Shown: positions 55,208-64,000 of the stretch, piece by piece | Layout: each line of letters starts with the position of its first letter | Position numbering within the stretch: position 1 is the stretch's first letter | DNA from: the human T2T-CHM13v2.0 reference genome, Homo sapiens | Length of the DNA: 64,000 nucleotides | Assembly (NCBI RefSeq): GCF_009914755.1 | Contig: NC_060925.1 | Reading direction: 5' to 3' (one strand) | The notes under the pieces: generated by a model | The model's input: only the letters and a program-made list of their open reading frames with translations | Databases searched by the model: none | Told to the model about the DNA's origin: nothing | Program-made: the position numbers and the translations under genes

Positions 55208-55619
55208 GTAAGAGGGCAAGGGGTACCACAGAGCCAGACTACTCTCCCAGGCCCCATTGAAGACACCTAATGGAGTCTTCCCAAGGGCAAAGCATTCCTC
55301 CTCTGTTTAGGTCCATGTCTTGCCTCATGGTGGAGGTAGTTTGATAAGCAGCCTAGTCGTGTATATATAACTAATATAATAGACCAGTTATGTATTTCTT
55401 TAGGGGCTCTAGGGAGTGCCTAAGGGGGTAGCCAGTTCATTGCTTCTGATCTTTTCCTCATTTCCCCAGTTATCTTTCTCATTTGTTCTTCTTCCTTCAG
55501 AAAATAGTGATATCCAGAATCTAAGATCTTGCTTACGTAATAGGGATTGTACTTAGTAGGGGCTCATATTGTGAGGGGTTAGCATCAGGACCCTGACCTG
55601 ATTCTACCGGCTTGTGCAG

Positions 55620-55737
55620 GCAGAGGAAACACATCTCTCAGCTGGAGCAGAAAGTGCGAGAGAGCGAACTGCAAGTCCACAGTGCCCTCTTGGGCCGCCC
55701 TGCCCCCTTTGGTGATGTCTGCTTGCTGAGGCTACAG
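55620..55737 (+). CDS. CEP85: CEP85 exon 6
   Basis: gtgcag|G ... CAG|GTAAGT, 118 nt; QRKHISQLEQKVRESELQVHSALLGRPAPFGDVCLLRLQ. Confidence 0.95.
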
Positions 55738-55881
55738 GTAAGTATTGGCCATCAGGATGGCATTCTGTTTGTCATAACTCGGTGTCTTCCCTATGCTTGA
55801 CACCATTAGGTATCCAGGAGATAGAAAAGAGCTCAAGTGATGTAAGTGTCCCTGCCCTCAAAGAGGGCATACTAATTATAA

Positions 55882-56308
<427 letters not shown>

Positions 56309-57093
56309 TGATCCGCCTACCTCGGCTTCCCAAAGTGCTGGGATTACAGGCGGGAGTCACTGCACCCGGGCATTCTCATTTTTATCCTCCATATCTAGGA
56401 GCAGCTGAAGAAGATAATATTCTCACTGAGATCAATGGTTGTGGGGCTTTAGAGTTTGAAAAGAAGCCTGCTTTGTTGACCAAGCTTCTGCAATTTGGGC
56501 ATTTGAATGTTGGATATTTGACAGGTTATAGCACTGGCTTTGCTACCTAATTAAGGCAGTATCCTGTCTCATAGAATCAGAATGTTAAGAGTGGGAAGTG
56601 CCTTAAATAAAACTAGTTAATTCTTCGAATTTACTGATTAAAGAATTGAAACCTGAGAAAGAGGAAGACCTTGCCTGAGATCATATAGAGAATGAGTGGA
56701 GGGAAGCCAGGCTTTGAGCCCAGGTCTTCTGATGTCTTGTCCTAGGTTCCTTCCAGTATACAATGGCTTAGGTATTGCTTTAAGGCAGTGGTTCTCAAAT
56801 GTGAGTGTGCATCAGAATCCCTGGAGCGCTTGTTAAAATACAGATTATTGGGACCCATCCCTACAGTTTCTGGTTTGGTGGGCCTAGGAGTTAGGCTTAA
56901 GACATTGCATTGCTAACAAATTACATCATCAGGTAATGCTGATGCTGTTAACCCTAAGACCTAGTTGAGAACCACTTCTTAAAGAGATTCTTGGAGAAAA
57001 ATGATATTTGACCGTGAAGTATGCTGGGAATAAGTAAAGTACATGAGACTATAAGGGTAGAGAACAGTTACATATTGAGAATCTTTCTGGCAG

Positions 57094-57279
57094 GAATTGC
57101 AGCGAGAAAACACTTTCTTACGTGCACAGTTTGCACAGAAGACAGAAGCCTTGAGCAGAGAAAAGATTGACCTTGAAAAGAAACTCTCTGCTTCTGAAGT
57201 TGAAGTCCAGCTCATCAGAGAGTCGCTCAAAGTGGCGTTGCAGAAGCATTCTGAGGAAGTGAAGAAACAGGAAGAAAGG
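57094..57279 (+). CDS. CEP85: CEP85 exon 7 (coiled coil); gene continues beyond the window
   Basis: tggcag|GAA ... AGG|GTGAGC, 186 nt; ELQRENTFLRAQFAQKTEALSREKIDLEKKLSASEVEVQLIRESLKVALQKHSEEVKKQEER. Exons 2-7 join to 1341 nt without a stop. Confidence 0.95.
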
Positions 57280-58058
57280 GTGAGCTGAGTAGCTGATAGC
57301 CCTAGTTCACAAAGGAGTTGGCAGTCAGCTGTCTACTCTAAAGCCTAAGCTGTTTCTGGCCTGGAACTAAGAGGAGACAATTGGGTGAGATCCTCCACTG
57401 GCTTCTCACACAGAATCGTCACAGATCTCCTTTTTGCTAGAAATGGAACTCTCCTCCCTCCCTCATTTTTGCTTCATCTCCACAAAACCACAACAGTCAG
57501 AGAAAGTTGTATGATCCCTCACTGTCCCAGGTTGTGCTGTGCAATGTACCACCAGCTGGTCTGGGTAGAAAACCAACCTGAGTACTCATACCAGGTGGCA
57601 CTGTTGCAAAATACACCTGTGGTATATTTGTATCATTCAGTCTGGTTTCTCACCCTTCCTAAAAAGTAGAGAAAAATTCCATGTGCATCAGGCATGGTGG
57701 CTCACGCCTGTAATCCCAGCACTTTGGGAGGCTGAAACGGGTGGATCACCTGAGGTCCAGAGTTCGAGACCAGCCTGGCCAACATGGTGAAACCCCATCT
57801 CTACTAAAAATGCAAAAATTAGCTGGGTGTGGTGGCTGGCGCCTGTAATCTCAGCTACTTGGGAGGCTGAAGCAGGAGAATAGCTTGAACCCGGGAGACA
57901 GAGGTTGCAGTGAACCAGGATCACGCCATCATGCCATTGCACTCCAGCCTAGGTGATAGAGCAAGACTCCGTCTCAGGAAAAAAAAAAAAAATTCCATGT
58001 GCACAGCTAGTTTGGGTGTGTATTTTTGCCAGTACTCTTAGAATTGCCTTAGGTTTAA

Positions 58059-58640
<582 letters not shown>

Positions 58641-59218
58641 TAAAAAAGAAAATTTAAAGTTGAGTTAGGCTGGGCGCCGTGGCTCATGCTTGTAATCCCT
58701 GCACTTTGGGAGGCTGAGGTGGGCAGATCACCTGAGGTCAGGGGTTCGAGACCAGCCTGACCAACATGGAGAAACCCTGTCTCTACTAAAAATACAAAAT
58801 TAGCTGGGCGTGGTGGCACATGCCTATAATCCCAGCTACTCAGGAGGCTGAAGCAGGAGAATCACTTTAACCCAGGAGGCGGAAGTTGCAATGAGGCAAG
58901 ATCGCTCCATTGCACCCCAGCCTAGGCAACAAGAGCGAAACTCCATCTCAAAAAAATAAAAGAAAGTTGGGTTAGTGAGTTTAAAAAAATAATAATTTAT
59001 ATATCTGTTAGGTAATTAAATACCAATAGATTTATAATAAAACTAGTAGTTCTAAAAACAAATGAAAAAATAAAAAATTTAGTAGTTCTGGCCAGACTCA
59101 GTGGCTCATACCTATAATTCCAGCACTTTGGGAGACTGTGGCAAGAGAATTGCTTGAGCTCAGGAGTTTAAGACAAGCCTGAACAACATAGTGAGACTCT
59201 CTTAAAAAAAAAAAAAAA

Positions 59219-60982
<1,764 letters not shown>

Positions 60983-61254
60983 AAGCTACAAAAAATTTTT
61001 AAAAATTAGCCAGGCATGGTGGTCCCTCCTGTAGTCCCAGCTACTCAGGAAGCTGAAGTGGGAGAATCACTCACTGGAGCCCAAAAGGTCAAGGCTGCAG
61101 TAAGCCATGATCTCACAGTTACACTCCAGTCTGGGTGACAGCAAGACATTGTCTCAAAAAAAAAAAGGAAAAAGATCAGTAGTTCTGTGCCCCAGCACAA
61201 CCCCACAATTGTGTATCTATCTTGAGCTCTTCTCTTTCACCTGATATATATATA

Positions 61255-61488
61255 TAGTTGACCTTGGAACAATACATTTAAACTGCACAGTTCCACTTGT
61301 ACGTGTATTTTTTTCAACCAAACACAGATCAAAAATCATGTATTCAAGAGATGCAAAACCAGAGTATATGGAGGGCCGACATATATGTGGTTTCTTCAGG
61401 ACCAGCTGTGGGACTCGAGTATGAGCAGATTTGGATATACAAAGGTGGTCTTGGAACCAGTCCCCCGTGTACACCAAGGGACGACTGT
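61255..61488. mobile_element. MER8/Tigger-type DNA transposon relic
   Basis: TA-flanked ends (TAGTTGACCTT...AAGGGACGACTGTA). Confidence 0.65.
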
Positions 61489-61638
61489 ATTTCTGAATAG
61501 TATGCTTTTCCTGCGCTTTTTTTCTTCAGTGAATTTTATACATCTGTTTTTGTTTCATGGGTACAGTATCTCTCTGACAGTATTGGTTGTAATTGTTTTG
61601 GGTGTTTACATCTGTTTATAGTATTTCTTGTTTTCTTA

Positions 61639-62082
<444 letters not shown>

Positions 62083-63487
62083 TCACTGTAGTATCAGACT
62101 TAGACTACCCTTTTCACTTGGGAATGCTCAAATGTCAATCTCTGGATGTCTTCTCTCACTCTCTCTAGGGAAGAATCTTCAACCTGCTGCCTGGTGGAGA
62201 GGCTAGAGGCAGGAATGCTTTTTAGCCTTTGGATTCTTGATGTTGAGGAGATTGGGCTTAGAGTCCCCACAGTTCTATACATAGTTTTTTTTGTTTGTTT
62301 TTGAGACACAGTCTCGCTGGAGACTCTGGAGTTGCTGGAGTGCAGTGTCACGATTTAGGCTCACTGCAGCCTCCACCTCCCAGATTCAAACTATTCTCTC
62401 TCATGCCTCAGCTACCTGAGTAGCTGGGATTACAGGCATGTACCACCACACCCGGCTTTTTTTTTTTTTTTTTTTTTTAGACAGAGTCTCGCTTTGTTGC
62501 CTGGGCTGGAGTGCAGTGGCGTGATCTTGGCCACTGCAGCCTCCATCTCCCGGGTTCAAGCGATTCTCCTGCCTCAGCCTCCCGAGTAGCTGGGATTACA
62601 GGCACCCACCACCATGCCCGGCTAATTTTTGTATTTTTAGTAGAGACAGGATTTTGCCATGTTGACCAGGCGGGTCTCAAACTCCTGACCTCATGTGATC
62701 TGCCCGCCTCGACTTCCCAAAGTGCTAGGATTACAGGCTTGAGCCACTGCACTGGCCTAATTTTTGTATTTTTTATAGAGATAGAGTTTTACCATTTTGG
62801 TCAGGCTGGTCTTGAACTCCTGGCCTCAATTAATCTGCCCACCTCAGCCTCCCAAAGTACTGGGATTACAGGTGTGAGCCACCACACCCGGCCATATACA
62901 TAGATTTTTACTTATACTTGTTTTCAACCCAATACTTCACCCTCTCTGCTGTGACTGGGTATTCTTGAGTTGGGAATCTCTCTGATTGATTTCTCCAGAG
63001 AATAGTCTCCTGATGGGGAAGCCCAGGGTGAGGCTGATATCTAGCTAATTTGTATATAGATTTCTAGGGAATTCCCCTATTTTTCAGCTCTGTGGTTGAT
63101 ACTTGCCTCCATAGTGAGCTGATACTTCAGTTCAGAGGCTCTTGAGAATTGGGAGGAGCAGATTTTCTTCCCTGTTGTCTGTAACTCCCACTGCAGATTA
63201 TAACTTTTCTGCCCCAAGTCATTTATCTCCCCTGTTCACTTTCATCTTTTAAAAACATTAAAATCTTTCATAGGCTGGGCATGGTGGCTCACTCCTCTTA
63301 ATCCTGGTACTTTGGGAGGCCAAGGCAGGAGAATTGCTTGAGCCCAGTTCAAGAACAGCCTGGGCAACATGACGAGACTCCATCTCTATAAAAAATTTTA
63401 AGCCAGGCTCGGTGGCTCACGCCTGTAATCCCAGCACTTTGGGAGGCCGAGGTGGGTGGATCACCTAAGGTCAGGAGTTCAAGATCA

Positions 63488-63713
<226 letters not shown>

Positions 63714-64000
63714 TTAGCTGGGCATGGTGGTACACGCTTGTAGTCTAAGCTACTGAGAGGCTGAGGTGGGAGCATCACTTGAGCCCAGGAGGTCAAGGCT
63801 GCAGTGGGCTGTGTCCGTGTCACTGCACTTCAGCATGGGTGACAGAGCAAGACCCTGTCTCAAAAAAATAATAAATCTTTCCTAGACTTTTGTTTCCTCC
63901 CCTGTTGTTTCTCAGTTAATACTTTATTTCTTTTCTGTCATTTTAAAGATGTTTTTGGAAGGGAGAAGAGATAAACATTTATGGTCAGTTTACCATTTTC

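Overview
Human (or closely related ape) genomic DNA, very Alu-dense, recognisable as the 1p36.11 CATSPER4-CEP85 interval. From left to right: (1) the probable last ~400 nt of the CATSPER4 3' UTR; (2) a 9-exon, + strand decayed gene at ~1520-25590 that I rebuilt exon by exon from splice sites and reading phase into a ~743-aa uromodulin/GP2-type protein (signal peptide, Ser/Thr mucin stalk, EGF-like remnant, ZP-N/ZP-C module, EHP, GPI-type tail). It carries about six lesions and is most likely the unitary pseudogene ZPLD2P. (3) Inside its third intron, on the - strand, a 5'-truncated copy of ARL16 that keeps its introns, its splice sites and an open spliced frame. (4) The CEP85 CpG-island promoter, non-coding exon 1 and coding exons 2-7 (447 codons; the gene continues past the window). 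(5) An MRPS6 processed pseudogene inserted inside an Alu in CEP85 intron 7, a truncated U3 snoRNA copy, solo LTRs, DNA-transposon and L1 relics. Small-scale oddities include a perfect 32-bp-arm hairpin in CEP85 intron 1 and a 180-bp duplication of upstream promoter sequence. Most ORFs in the six-frame track are Alu translations. Gene and repeat names come from recall of reference sequences, not from searches.
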